Shown piece after piece: positions 9,942 to 20,688 of a stretch of DNA of 42,903 nucleotides (position 1 is the stretch's first letter; each line of letters opens with the position of its first letter). This DNA is from Bacteroidota bacterium. Its GTDB lineage: Bacteria > Bacteroidota > Bacteroidia > NS11-12g > UBA955. The translations under genes and the position numbers were made by a program. Location of the stretch: assembly GCA_046047755.1 (NCBI GenBank), contig JBJOHK010000066.1:1-42903 (forward strand), given 5' to 3'. The notes beneath the pieces are model-generated. The model worked only from the letters and a program-made list of their open reading frames with translations, ran no database searches and was not told where the DNA came from.

Positions 9942-12860
9942 TTAATTGTAATTCTTCTTGTGACCGGTAGTTCCAGCCTTAAGCATTTTAATTTTACCAC
10001 TGCCGTCTTTATTCAAACGTTGCACGGTTCCAAATCCCAAGTTGTTCAACTTTTCTTCCAAACGAAGCATATCACCGGCTACAACGACGATCAGCTCGTC
10101 CGTATTCAGGTATTGCTTAGCTAGAGCGTTGAACTCTTCTTTGGTCATGCTTTGCAAGGTCGCCAATTGTTGTGCGGTATAATCTTCAGACAATCCGCGA
10201 TTGGCCATAGATAAAATGAATCCTGCTTTTTGGAATAGCGATTCGTAATCCAAAGCCTCAGATGCGATCAACGCCGATTTGGTAAAGGCAAATTCCTCGT
10301 CGGTGATGCCTTCATTTTTGTAGGTTTCCAACACATTTAATATCTCAACAATAGCTGAGTCTGTGGCTTCTGACTTTACTCCTGCAGAAATCACATAGGT
10401 ACCGGGAAGGTCTTTGTATCCAGCGCTGAATCCGCCGCGAATGCCATAGGTCCAAGCTTTTTCTTCACGAATCTTCAAATTCAAACGACTATTGAAGTTG
10501 CCTGCGAGAGCAAAGTTCATAACCGTAGCCTTGTAAAAATCGCCAGTGGCATCGTATGGCAAGGTTTTGAAACCGATGTAAATATCAGACTGTTTGGCAT
10601 CTACGTATTCCACTCCAAAAATTTGAGAGGTTTGGAATTCGTAGTTGTTTTCGGGCATGGGGATGTTTACCGTCTTGGCTTTCCAATCTCCTAGGAAAGA
10701 GAAATACTGCAACACCTCTTCTTGGTTCACAGAACCCACAACCACCAACTTGCTCACGGAAGGCGAGAAATACTTTTCCCAATAGGCTTGACAATGGCTC
10801 AACTGAACTTTTTCGTACTGGCTCGCGCCTACATAAGTTCCCAAAGCATTGTCGCCCTGTGTCAAGCGAGACCAAGCATTTGAAGCGCCAGTGCCTCGGT
10901 TCAACAAATCTGAGTTGGCGCTTTCAACGGCGCGTTTCTTTTCTTTGCTGTATTCGTCTGAATCCCAACGAGGTTCAAATAGCATTTCGCGCATCAAGGC
11001 TGCAGCCGCTTCCAAATTCTGCTTCTCGCAACCCAAGGTTACGTACATAGAAGTGGCTCCAGCTCCAATATTGATACTAGCACCCAAACGCTCCATTTCC
11101 TGCTCCAATTCAGCGGGCGTGCGCTTGGCTGTACCGTTTTGAAGAGCCATAGAAAGCATATCAGCCGTGCCTGCCGGAATGGTTTTTCCATCTTCCAACA
11201 AGGCTCCCCCATCGATGCTCATGCGCACAAAAACGCGGGGAGTTTCATCAAAGGGCGAAGTCCATACTTCTAGGCCATTTTTCAATACTTTTTTCTGAAC
11301 CTGAGGAACAGCGACTTCCTTTACAGCTGAGGGTTCAGGACGAACACTGCGATCAAAATTGTCCTGTACGGGACGGTATTGCAAACCCTTGTATTCTGCT
11401 TCAGCCACAGGATTGCGGTAATCGGCATTGGGGTTAAAGCTTTGGTACTTGGGTTTTTCACCATCAGCACCTGCTCGAGCAGGTTCAATGACCACAGTAG
11501 AAGACTTTTTGGTCTTGATGTATTGGCGGTAAACGCGCATGATATCCTCACGCGTAACCGATTTGATGCGCTCTGCTTCAGACTCCAAATTGGTCAACTT
11601 ACCATCGGCTCCGCGAGCATCCAAATACCAAAACATGCTCAAATAATTGGCTTTGGTGCTAGCACCTTCCAATCCATTTGACAAATTGCTGAGCATATTG
11701 ATTTTGGCTCTCTCCAAATCTTCATCACTGAAGTTCACGAATTCAAAAGAATCAATGGCCGTAGCGAGCATGCTTCTCAATCCATTGATGTCGCTCCAAG
11801 GATAACCGACCACTATGAACGAAAATTCGCCGGCCAATTCGTGGTTAATGGCACTCAGCGGATTGTTATTGGCTCCCACTTGGATGGCCCATTCCTTGTC
11901 TACAAAACGCTGGTACAAAGGAGAGTTTCGAGTGTTACCCCACAAATAGGACAACATATCCAAAGCTGCTTCATCACTGCTCATGACAGGCGCCCCAACA
12001 AAAGTGGTGTAAATCAAAGGCAAATTGGCATTGGGATCAGAGTAAGATGCGATTTTGTTTTCCTTCAAAACCACTGGGCGAACGCGCTGTTTGCGCACTT
12101 CTGGGCCGGCCTGAATGCTACCGAAATACTTTTCTGTCCAAGCGACAACTTCTGAAGCGTTAACATCACCGGAAACAATGACACAGGCATTATTTGGGCC
12201 ATACCAACGCAAAAAGAAATTGCGCAAATCGTTGCTATCAGCTCTATCCAAGTCATCGACAAAACCGATGGTTGACCAGCTGTAGGGATGATCTGAAGGA
12301 TACAATTCCTGATCTTTCACCTCCATCAAGAAACCATAAGGAACGTTGTATCGCTGATCCTTTTCGTTTTTAACCGTACTGCGCTGAATTTCAAACTTCT
12401 CGTTTGTGTATGCCTCTAAGAAGCAACCCATGCGATCGGCTTCCATCCACAGAGCAGTTTCTGTAAAGTTGCTAGGGAAGGTTTCAATGTAGACTGTGCG
12501 ATCACGCGTGGTGTTGCCATTAACGTCTCCACCGTATTCTTTGATAATTTTAAAATGTTCTTCATCGGCTACGTGCTGTGAACCTTGAAACAACATGTGC
12601 TCAAAAAAGTGAGCAAAACCCGATTTACCGGGAATTTCACGAGCAGAACCTACGTGATAGGTTACATTAATGTGAGCAACTGGATCACTGTGATCTTCGC
12701 TTACAATTAAGGTTAACCCATTGGGCAAGGTGTACATTTCATAGGGGACTACCATCGAGCCGGGCTGAGCCTCGACCTTTTCCACCAAAGTAGCCTGGGC
12801 TGAAATATTGGAAATCAATCCAAAAACAAAGCCCCATACTAGTGCAGATTTTTTCATCAT
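9942..12860 (-). CDS. M16 family zinc peptidase (PqqL/insulinase-like), exported
   Basis: Inverted zinc motif HFFEH, YHVGS, SRLNLKIREEKAWTY and a two-half architecture. The start is taken at MMKKS (12860), downstream of TACTTTTG at 12872-12879. Confidence 0.9.
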   Translation of the reverse strand: MMKKSALVWGFVFGLISNISAQATLVEKVEAQPGSMVVPYEMYTLPNGLTLIVSEDHSDPVAHINVTYHVGSAREIPGKSGFAHFFEHMLFQGSQHVADEEHFKIIKEYGGDVNGNTTRDRTVYIETFPSNFTETALWMEADRMGCFLEAYTNEKFEIQRSTVKNEKDQRYNVPYGFLMEVKDQELYPSDHPYSWSTIGFVDDLDRADSNDLRNFFLRWYGPNNACVIVSGDVNASEVVAWTEKYFGSIQAGPEVRKQRVRPVVLKENKIASYSDPNANLPLIYTTFVGAPVMSSDEAALDMLSYLWGNTRNSPLYQRFVDKEWAIQVGANNNPLSAINHELAGEFSFIVVGYPWSDINGLRSMLATAIDSFEFVNFSDEDLERAKINMLSNLSNGLEGASTKANYLSMFWYLDARGADGKLTNLESEAERIKSVTREDIMRVYRQYIKTKKSSTVVIEPARAGADGEKPKYQSFNPNADYRNPVAEAEYKGLQYRPVQDNFDRSVRPEPSAVKEVAVPQVQKKVLKNGLEVWTSPFDETPRVFVRMSIDGGALLEDGKTIPAGTADMLSMALQNGTAKRTPAELEQEMERLGASINIGAGATSMYVTLGCEKQNLEAAAALMREMLFEPRWDSDEYSKEKKRAVESANSDLLNRGTGASNAWSRLTQGDNALGTYVGASQYEKVQLSHCQAYWEKYFSPSVSKLVVVGSVNQEEVLQYFSFLGDWKAKTVNIPMPENNYEFQTSQIFGVEYVDAKQSDIYIGFKTLPYDATGDFYKATVMNFALAGNFNSRLNLKIREEKAWTYGIRGGFSAGYKDLPGTYVISAGVKSEATDSAIVEILNVLETYKNEGITDEEFAFTKSALIASEALDYESLFQKAGFILSMANRGLSEDYTAQQLATLQSMTKEEFNALAKQYLNTDELIVVVAGDMLRLEEKLNNLGFGTVQRLNKDGSGKIKMLKAGTTGHKKNYN

Positions 12861-12968
12861 AATGAGAATCACAAAAGTAACGTTTAACCGCCACTATTGA
12901 AAAGCGACTAAACGAGCGATAATTGGATTTCAACGACAAGTTGAACGCCCCATAAAAGGGGAATCATC

Positions 12969-15776
12969 TTAGTTCAATTTGGCTTTCAAATAGGGCGCTG
13001 TAACGCTGTCTTTGACTTCAGCCAAACCTTCAGGTGTACCTTGAAAAACCAAGTTACCTCCTTCTTCCCCAGCCTCTGGGCCTAAGTCTATAATCCAATC
13101 AGCACATTTGGCAACATCCAAATTATGCTCGATGCACAAGACCGTATGCCCCCGCTTGATTAAGGCTTGCAAAGAAGCTAGCAATTTCTTGATGTCGTGA
13201 AAGTGAAGTCCGGTTGTAGGTTCATCGAATACAAACAGGGTTCCCCCTTCCTTATGAGGACTGGCTTTGCTCAAGTAAAATGCCAGTTTCACTCGTTGGG
13301 CCTCTCCTCCACTCAAGGTATTGCTACCCTGGCCCAATTTTACATAACCCAAGCCTACATCAGCCAAGGGCTGCAGTCGCTCCAATATACCTTTGTGATC
13401 TTGGAAAAACGATAAGGCTTCCTCAACGGTCATTTCCAAGACATCAAAAATATTTTTGTCTTTGAAGGTCACTTCCAAGACTTCTTTTTTATAACGCTTG
13501 CCGCCACATGCCTCGCAAGGAAGCTTAATGTCAGCCATGAACTGCATTTCAATGATACTTTCACCTTCTCCACTGCAGGAGTCGCAACGGCCACCATCAA
13601 CATTGAATGAAAAATGAGAGGGTTTGAATCCTTGAAAATGCGCCAATGGCTGGGAAGCAAATAAGTCCCGGATTTCGTCAAACGCTTTCACATAAGTCAC
13701 GGGGTTCGATCGGCTGCTTTTGCCTATGGGGTTTTGATCAACCAACTCGACACCTTTGATCAAATGAACATCTCCTCCCAGTGACTTGAACTTACCTTGC
13801 TTGGCACCCGAAAACTGCCCCAAATGCCTCGAGACGACTGGATACAACACACCTTTAATAAGGCTTGTTTTCCCACTACCCGAAACCCCAGTCACTACGG
13901 TAAGAGCCTCCAAAGGAACTTCAATGCTTACATCTTTTAGGTTGTTTGCGCGAGCACCCTCCAAAACAATTTTTTGGCTCATTGGGCGTCGATTTTTTGG
14001 AACGGCAATAAACTCAGTACCATTGAGGTATTGACCTGTAAGACTCTTAGAATCTTTCCTGATTTGCTCAAGATCACCGGAAAAGACCAAATGCCCACCC
14101 CCTGAACCAGCCAAAGGACCAATATCCAGAATATTGTCGGCATTGGCCATGACATCTTCATCGTGCTCGACCACAACTACCGTATTTCCTTCTTGTTGCA
14201 AAGACTTTAATACGCCAATCAATCGTTCGGTATCGCGGCTGTGCAAGCCGATTGACGGCTCATCCAAAACGTACAACGAACCCGTCAAATTAGACCCTAG
14301 AGATGTAGCCAAATTGATTCGTTGACTTTCTCCTCCACTCAAGGTGTTGCTCAACCGATTCAGGGTCAAATAACCCAAGCCCACATTTTGCAAAAACAAC
14401 AACCTGGACTGTATTTCCGTCCAAATCCTATCAGCCACATGAGCATCCTGATCAGATAATTTTGCCTGCTGAAAGTACAAAGAGGCATCGTCAATTTGCA
14501 TCAACAACAAGTCGGGCAAGTTCATCCACTCCGATTGACCCGATTCACTATCTACATTCAGCAATTTCACCCAAGAAGCTTCCTTCCTCAATCGAGTTCC
14601 CTTGCAATCATGACAAGTCGTTTTTCCTCGGTAACGAGCGGCCAAAACACGGTATTGAATTTTATAGGACTTCTCTTCTAAATAGCTAAAAAACTGACGA
14701 ATACCTTCTACTCCTTTTCCCCCATTCCACAACAAATCCAACTCAGATTTAGTGAGATCCCTGTATGGCCTGTGTATGGGAAAATCCAACTTGAGCGCGG
14801 CTCGAATGAATTCGTTTTTCCAAAGCCCCAGTGTTTCTCCTTTCCATGGCGCCACCGCACCTTCATGAACGCTCAAAGAAGGATCTGGAACTACCAATTC
14901 TTCATCGATGCCCAAAACCGACCCAAAACCCTCACAAGTTCGGCACGCACCGTAGGGGTTGTTAAAGGACAGAAAATCTTGCGTCGGTGTTTCAAAGACC
15001 ATACCGTCTAATTCAAATCGATTGTTGAATTCCAGTGTTTTTTTGGATTCAACATCTACGAGTGAGCAATTTCCATTGCCCTCCCAAAATGCTGTTTCTA
15101 CCGCATCGAACAAACGGCTTTCTACCTCGCTGTCTTCGGCATCAATACGCAATCGGTCTACAATCAATACTGGACTACCTTGGTAATGTTGTCCAGATTC
15201 AATCAAATCAGCCAAGGGGTAATCGGTCAATTCCCAAGCCACTCGATTGAAACCTTTTTGCTGCATCAGCGCCCAGTCTTCCGGTTTGTAAGTACCTTGA
15301 GTTAAGGGTGCACAAATCCAGAGGCGTTTTCCATTGAAATCACTCAACGCAGCATCCACGACGTCTTGAGGGGAATCTTGCTTAACCGTACGGCCTGATA
15401 CCGGTGAAATGGTTTTACCTACACGGCTGAACAATAATTTTAAATAATCGTAAATCTCCGTTGAAGTCGCTACAGTGCTACGCGGATTTCGAGTATTGAC
15501 CTTTTGCTCAATGGCAATTGCGGGGCAAAGCCCCTCTATTGAATCAACGGCTGGCTTCTTCATCCTGCCCAAAAACTGACGGGCGTAGGCACTCAAACTT
15601 TCTACATACCTTCTTTGGCCTTCCGCAAACAATGTATCAAACACCAATGAAGACTTACCAGATCCTGAAACTCCCGTTACCACCGTAAAGGAGCCCAGTT
15701 CAAATTCGGCATCAACCCCTTTTAGGTTATGCTCTTTGGCATTGGAAATTCGAATGAATTCTTTCTGCTTAGTCAC
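12969..15776 (-). CDS. uvrA: Excinuclease ABC subunit A
   Basis: Two ABC ATPase modules (GVSGSGKS/T, LSGGE, DEP), EGQRRYVESLS and CxxC zinc fingers. GTG start. Confidence 0.95.
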   Translation of the reverse strand: MTKQKEFIRISNAKEHNLKGVDAEFELGSFTVVTGVSGSGKSSLVFDTLFAEGQRRYVESLSAYARQFLGRMKKPAVDSIEGLCPAIAIEQKVNTRNPRSTVATSTEIYDYLKLLFSRVGKTISPVSGRTVKQDSPQDVVDAALSDFNGKRLWICAPLTQGTYKPEDWALMQQKGFNRVAWELTDYPLADLIESGQHYQGSPVLIVDRLRIDAEDSEVESRLFDAVETAFWEGNGNCSLVDVESKKTLEFNNRFELDGMVFETPTQDFLSFNNPYGACRTCEGFGSVLGIDEELVVPDPSLSVHEGAVAPWKGETLGLWKNEFIRAALKLDFPIHRPYRDLTKSELDLLWNGGKGVEGIRQFFSYLEEKSYKIQYRVLAARYRGKTTCHDCKGTRLRKEASWVKLLNVDSESGQSEWMNLPDLLLMQIDDASLYFQQAKLSDQDAHVADRIWTEIQSRLLFLQNVGLGYLTLNRLSNTLSGGESQRINLATSLGSNLTGSLYVLDEPSIGLHSRDTERLIGVLKSLQQEGNTVVVVEHDEDVMANADNILDIGPLAGSGGGHLVFSGDLEQIRKDSKSLTGQYLNGTEFIAVPKNRRPMSQKIVLEGARANNLKDVSIEVPLEALTVVTGVSGSGKTSLIKGVLYPVVSRHLGQFSGAKQGKFKSLGGDVHLIKGVELVDQNPIGKSSRSNPVTYVKAFDEIRDLFASQPLAHFQGFKPSHFSFNVDGGRCDSCSGEGESIIEMQFMADIKLPCEACGGKRYKKEVLEVTFKDKNIFDVLEMTVEEALSFFQDHKGILERLQPLADVGLGYVKLGQGSNTLSGGEAQRVKLAFYLSKASPHKEGGTLFVFDEPTTGLHFHDIKKLLASLQALIKRGHTVLCIEHNLDVAKCADWIIDLGPEAGEEGGNLVFQGTPEGLAEVKDSVTAPYLKAKLN

Positions 15777-15782
15777 CGTGAA

Positions 15783-16640
15783 TTATCGAATGGTATCTTT
15801 AACAACAGAAGCTCCGGCGCAGATTCCCAAGCCCCCTTCAATATTGGTATACACAGAAACAGGCTCTGTAAATAGACCCGATTGCTGGGTATACTGATCC
15901 AATGATTGCACATATAAGAAATAGTCTTCATTCATGCTTTGAACGCTAACCATATACTTATACTGCTGACCCTTAGAAGCAAACGGAGTAGTGAAGTTAA
16001 AAGTCTTTACTCCTCCATTGAATAGAGCATCGCTTATGACAAAACCACCCTCTGGGGTAGAAATGGATTGCGCTTCCAATTCTTTGTCTTGGAAATCTGG
16101 ACTAACAATGAACCACTGAGCAATGAAGTCGTCGTAACGATACAAGGATATGTTGTAGTAATTGCGATCCTGTTTTTCGTCTACGATTTTCAATGATAAG
16201 GTTCCTGTAGGAAACCCATCTGCATCAACTCCTGTATTATCAACCCAAGTGGATGGAGCCAATTTGACCGTTGTGGGCAAAGTAGTATTCCCCGTTGCTT
16301 GCGGGAAATTGGCATAGTTTGCCACAATTTCATAATGCTCACCCGGCTTTGGGAGAATGGATGCTTCGTATCGACTTTGACCAAAATTGAATGGCATGGG
16401 AAACTGATTCCCTACTTGATCAAACAAGACAATCGATGCGTTTTCAATTGGCGCTGGTCCCAGACTATCAGCCAAGGGAATGTTAGAATTCACAGTAGCC
16501 CAAACAGCCTGATCAGTAGTCATTAGGCTGTTGACTACCAGCCTTGGTTTGTATGTGAGCATGGATGAATCCAATTCTGTTTCGCAAGCTGAAAGGCCCG
16601 CAAAAACCATTAGACTCAGTAAAATTTTCGAGATTTTCAT
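15783..16640 (-). CDS. DUF4249-like lipoprotein
   Basis: Lipobox LSAC, YKPRLVVNS and C-terminal EPVSVYTNIEGGLGI. Translationally coupled (TGATG) to the TonB receptor. Confidence 0.75.
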   Translation of the reverse strand: MKISKILLSLMVFAGLSACETELDSSMLTYKPRLVVNSLMTTDQAVWATVNSNIPLADSLGPAPIENASIVLFDQVGNQFPMPFNFGQSRYEASILPKPGEHYEIVANYANFPQATGNTTLPTTVKLAPSTWVDNTGVDADGFPTGTLSLKIVDEKQDRNYYNISLYRYDDFIAQWFIVSPDFQDKELEAQSISTPEGGFVISDALFNGGVKTFNFTTPFASKGQQYKYMVSVQSMNEDYFLYVQSLDQYTQQSGLFTEPVSVYTNIEGGLGICAGASVVKDTIR

Positions 16641-18994
16641 CAAAATTCAATTCTATAAAAGGCCGATGGAACAAACGTAAACAAATGAATTCCAATTAGT
16701 TTAACCTCTCCATTCTCAAAGGAAAGATTGGTAAACATTGGATTCACCCAGCCCATAATGTTGTACACCTGAATTCCATAATACTCGTTATACCCTCTGG
16801 GTATTTCAGGGTGAATGGCCTTGGTAAATCCTAGGTCAATTCGCTTGTAGGCTGGCAAACGGTAATTGTTTTTCTGGCTGTAATCATAAACCAAACTGCC
16901 ATCAGTGGTTACGTAACGACTAGAGGGAACCGTGGCCAAATTTCCGCTCATGAAGACACCTGAAGCATTAACCCGGAAGGTGGGAGCAATGTACCATGTC
17001 AACTGCGCACTAGCCTTGTGAGGTCTATCCCATCGAAACGGATAAGGATTGCCTTCATTAACGGCTGGATAGGTGCGCTCAGAACGACTAAAGGTATAAG
17101 AAGCTAAACCTGTTACTTTACCCGAATTCTTGGAAATCAAGAATTCAAAGCCGCGGGCAGACCCTTCCCCTTGGACGATCGCTTCGTCCCAGAAATTGGG
17201 CTTTAATACATCATTCGCTGCACCTGTCAAATCTGTGATTCCATAGAACTTTTTCCAAAATCCCTCCGCGCTCATTTCAAAGCGAGAGCCCAATGGCTGC
17301 CTGTATCCTACACTGGCTTGAAGGGTCTTTTGAGGGGTGAAATTACCCGAGGTTGGGAACCACATGTCTCGTGGCAGAATACCAACCATGCTGGATAATT
17401 GATGAATGCCTTGATTGGAAATACCAGCGGCCAACTGAAATCTCTTCTGACCTTCCATCATCTGAGAAAGCAAGAATCTGGGCTCCAAACGTGTAAAGAA
17501 GTTGCTACCTGAGATATAGGTCCAAGATCGCAGTCCCATGTTAATGGAAAGGCCAATATTGGGATGCAACTCCCACTCGCCATAATGGCTGATTTCTACA
17601 GGTACTTGAGCATTCTCCATTCCATACAGAGTGTCACTATAAGGGTTGCCATTTGATTGTATGCCTAAATACTCAAGACCCGGCTTCATATTATGCGCTA
17701 TCCACTGAGTTCCATAGCGAATTCGGCTGTTATTGTCCAACAAATAACTAAAATCAGCTTGAGCTTGAAAATCCGTGATCGCATGCTCGGTTGAAAAAAA
17801 CAAATGAGAAACTTGTTGATTGATGGAGCCAGAATCGTAAACGGAACGAATGTCAAAAGGGTTATAAAACCGGTACCTCGATATTCCGGCAGAAAACGTA
17901 GCAAAATGGCGGTAATTGAAGATGTGGGAACAAGAAACCCCAGCCAAGGTGTTTTGCCAAGTCACTCCTAACAGAATAGAGGCATCGATAGAAGTACCCG
18001 AAGAATCAAGAACTTGTGAAAATTGCCTGATTTGATATTTATCTCGACCATTATAGAGCCAAAATGACCATTGGGTATATTGATCTTGCTTGTGGTCAAC
18101 CTTTACATTGAAATCATGCATGTTGACAACCGTTGAGGAGCCTCCGTCTGATGAGTTAAAATCAAACAACCAATCCAAGTAACTGCGACGAATGCTCATG
18201 GCCATGGTGGTTCTACCACTGAGGTCTAAAGGAGTTTCAATCGATAAATTGAATGATAGAGGATCTATTTGTAGAGAGCCACTTGTTTTCTCGGCTGAAC
18301 CGCCTTGAGTAGTAACATCCATGACGGCTCCACCCGCACGGCCTCCAAAACGAGCAGGCGCCACCCCTCTGTACAAGACCACACTTTTATTGATTTCTGG
18401 GTTGTAGTTGGATAACAAACCCCAAATATGACCATTGCCGTAAATGGGCATTCCATTCATCAAAAACAAATTTTGATCAGAGTTAGAGCCCCTTACATAC
18501 ATACCACTCAAGCCTTCCAAACCACCCGAAACTCCGGGTAAAAATTGAAGATACTTGATAGGATCCGTAAGACTAAGCAGAGTGGGCGCATCAGTCACCT
18601 GTCTTTTAAGGGGTTTATAAGAACTCACTTGAGCATCGTATAAACTCAAAAACTTCGCCGATGAGTCAGCTTTACCTCTAGGAGTTGGAGTTAGGAAGAC
18701 ATTGTAGCTTTTGGGATTATCTATTTCCAACTCTACTCGAAGCGGCTTGAAACCACTGGCAACAAAAACGAAGGTTCTCAACCCCTTGCGTGTGGCCAAT
18801 TGATAAAACCCTTGCTGTGTAGCCTCGGTGTATTCATGAGTGGCCGAATCAATAGCGATTGCTCCAGGAATAGTCTCCAAGGTTCGTTCGTTGTAGACCC
18901 AACCATACAAGCCGATTTGCGCCATTGTCGCCGAGGGAAGAACAGCGAGTAACAATATGCTTGCGCGGAAAACAAATGGCCAAATTTTCACCAT
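16640..18994 (-). CDS. TonB-dependent receptor
   Basis: Carboxypeptidase-like N-domain, plug (LQFLPGVSG...YVRGSNSDQNL), barrel strands, YRLPAYKRIDL and terminal Phe. The start is taken at MVKIW (18994), after TACCTTTG at 18999-19006. Confidence 0.88.
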   Translation of the reverse strand: MVKIWPFVFRASILLLAVLPSATMAQIGLYGWVYNERTLETIPGAIAIDSATHEYTEATQQGFYQLATRKGLRTFVFVASGFKPLRVELEIDNPKSYNVFLTPTPRGKADSSAKFLSLYDAQVSSYKPLKRQVTDAPTLLSLTDPIKYLQFLPGVSGGLEGLSGMYVRGSNSDQNLFLMNGMPIYGNGHIWGLLSNYNPEINKSVVLYRGVAPARFGGRAGGAVMDVTTQGGSAEKTSGSLQIDPLSFNLSIETPLDLSGRTTMAMSIRRSYLDWLFDFNSSDGGSSTVVNMHDFNVKVDHKQDQYTQWSFWLYNGRDKYQIRQFSQVLDSSGTSIDASILLGVTWQNTLAGVSCSHIFNYRHFATFSAGISRYRFYNPFDIRSVYDSGSINQQVSHLFFSTEHAITDFQAQADFSYLLDNNSRIRYGTQWIAHNMKPGLEYLGIQSNGNPYSDTLYGMENAQVPVEISHYGEWELHPNIGLSINMGLRSWTYISGSNFFTRLEPRFLLSQMMEGQKRFQLAAGISNQGIHQLSSMVGILPRDMWFPTSGNFTPQKTLQASVGYRQPLGSRFEMSAEGFWKKFYGITDLTGAANDVLKPNFWDEAIVQGEGSARGFEFLISKNSGKVTGLASYTFSRSERTYPAVNEGNPYPFRWDRPHKASAQLTWYIAPTFRVNASGVFMSGNLATVPSSRYVTTDGSLVYDYSQKNNYRLPAYKRIDLGFTKAIHPEIPRGYNEYYGIQVYNIMGWVNPMFTNLSFENGEVKLIGIHLFTFVPSAFYRIEF

Positions 18995-19041
18995 AAAACA
19001 AAGGTACGGCATCGATACCGAAGGAGTCGTTTCCTATCCGT

Positions 19042-19407
19042 TTAATGACGAAAAACTCGGCTTAATTCTACCGAGCAAGATTCCAACTTCGCTTGGGGTA
19101 TGTGAATATGAGGTTTGGATAGGCAAATTCGAGCCGATTCCACATCTACAAATCGGCTTTCAATGGCCTCAAGGATATGCTGCCCCAGTTCTTCTAACAG
19201 AGAATATTCGTTCCTGGAAATTTCTTTGATCAAGGAGACGAGTTCGGCGTAATCCACACTATTATCCAAAGTCCAACTCCATTTTGGGTCTCTGCTTAAT
19301 GACACCGACAGAGATATACTCAATAGAGTGCCAGCCTTGCGTTCAAGAGCGTGTACACCAATTGGGGCGAGAACCTGAAGCTTCGATATGTTTACTTGAA
19401 TTAACAG
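19042..19407 (-). CDS. folB: Dihydroneopterin aldolase (start uncertain, non-canonical)
   Basis: The frame extends upstream of the listed TTG as LIQVNISKLQVLAPIGVHALERKAG, matching the FolB N-terminal GV...ER motif. It also has SVDY, LLE and SKP. Confidence 0.8.
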   Translation of the reverse strand: MLIQVNISKLQVLAPIGVHALERKAGTLLSISLSVSLSRDPKWSWTLDNSVDYAELVSLIKEISRNEYSLLEELGQHILEAIESRFVDVESARICLSKPHIHIPQAKLESCSVELSRVFRH

Positions 19408-19429
19408 ACGATGGATAATTAGCCTATGG

Positions 19430-19455
19430 CAAAAATAGGCAGGACCTTACATTTG
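19430..19455. promoter_or_regulatory. Back-to-back -7 elements (TATTTTTG minus 19430-19437; TACATTTG plus 19448-19455)
   Basis: Exact TAnnTTTG matches facing folB and the acyl-CoA dehydrogenase. Confidence 0.7.
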
Positions 19456-19467
19456 TGTAAATACCTC

Positions 19468-20688
19468 ATGAAAACGACCGATTTGAATGCCCTTTATGAA
19501 GCAGGACGCGGCAAAGACCGCTACCAAGCCCCTGACTTTTATGGAATCGACGATTTGCTCACTGAAGAACAAATTTTGATTCGCCAATCGGTGCGGGATT
19601 GGGTAAAAAAAGATGTAAGCCCCATCATTGAACACTATGCACAGTTGAGTGAATTCCCTCGACACATCGTTTCTGAACTAGGTGCTGTTGGAGCCTTTGG
19701 TCCTCAATTGCCCGCTGAATACGGATGCGGAGGCATGGACTACACTACCTATGGTATCATCATGCAAGAATTGGAACGCTGCGATAGTGGCATTAGAAGC
19801 ACGGCTTCCGTACAAGGCTCATTAGTGATGTATCCCATTTTCAAATTTGGATCTGAAGAGCAGCGCAGGAAATATCTTCCCAAATTAGCCAGTGGCGAAT
19901 GGTTGGGTTGTTTTGGATTGACCGAACCCGATCATGGCTCTAATCCGGCGGGAATGACCACCCATTTTAGCGACCAAGGCGATCATTATTTGTTGAACGG
20001 TGCAAAAATGTGGATCAGCAATGCCCCTTTTGCTGACGTGGCTGTGGTTTGGGCTAAAAACGAAGAAGGGATCGTTCATGGTTTGATTGTGGAACGCGGC
20101 ATGGAAGGCTTCTCTACTCCAGAAACGCACAATAAATGGTCGTTAAGAGCGAGCGCAACTGGAGAATTGGTGTTTCAGAATGTAAAAGTGCCCAAATCCA
20201 ATCTGCTTCCCGGTGTTAAAGGGCTAAAAGGGCCCCTAACCTGCTTAAATTCGGCACGCTACGGCATTGCATGGGGAGCCTTGGGTGCGGCCATGGATTG
20301 CTACGACTCCGCCAAGCGCTACGCTTCTGAAAGGCAGCAATTCGGCAAACCCATAGGCGCTTTTCAGTTGCAACAAAAGAAACTTAGCGAAATGCTGACT
20401 GAGATCACCAAGGCTCAGCTGCTCGTGTGGCGCCTTGGACATCTCATGGACAATGGAAAAGCCAGCCCCGCTCAAATTTCGATGGCCAAACGCAACAATG
20501 TTGAAATTGCGTTGAATGTAGCTCGCGAAGCCCGTCAGATGTTGGGCGGAATGGGAATAACCGGAGAATTCCCCATTATGCGTCATATGATGAACCTCGA
20601 GTCAGTGGTTACCTATGAAGGTACCCATGACATACATCTGCTCATATTGGGTATGGAAATCACAGGCGAAAATGCCTTTAATGGATAA
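19468..20688 (+). CDS. Acyl-CoA dehydrogenase, glutaryl-CoA dehydrogenase-like
   Basis: GCFGLTEPDHGS, LNGAKMWISN, RQQFGKPI, GGMGI and TYEGT. The start is taken at MKTTDL. Confidence 0.88.
   Translation: MKTTDLNALYEAGRGKDRYQAPDFYGIDDLLTEEQILIRQSVRDWVKKDVSPIIEHYAQLSEFPRHIVSELGAVGAFGPQLPAEYGCGGMDYTTYGIIMQELERCDSGIRSTASVQGSLVMYPIFKFGSEEQRRKYLPKLASGEWLGCFGLTEPDHGSNPAGMTTHFSDQGDHYLLNGAKMWISNAPFADVAVVWAKNEEGIVHGLIVERGMEGFSTPETHNKWSLRASATGELVFQNVKVPKSNLLPGVKGLKGPLTCLNSARYGIAWGALGAAMDCYDSAKRYASERQQFGKPIGAFQLQQKKLSEMLTEITKAQLLVWRLGHLMDNGKASPAQISMAKRNNVEIALNVAREARQMLGGMGITGEFPIMRHMMNLESVVTYEGTHDIHLLILGMEITGENAFNG

Noticed and set aside
12947-12961. CCCC-ATAAAA-GGGG hairpin after uvrA
   Set aside because: The 4-bp stem is too weak and has no T-tract.
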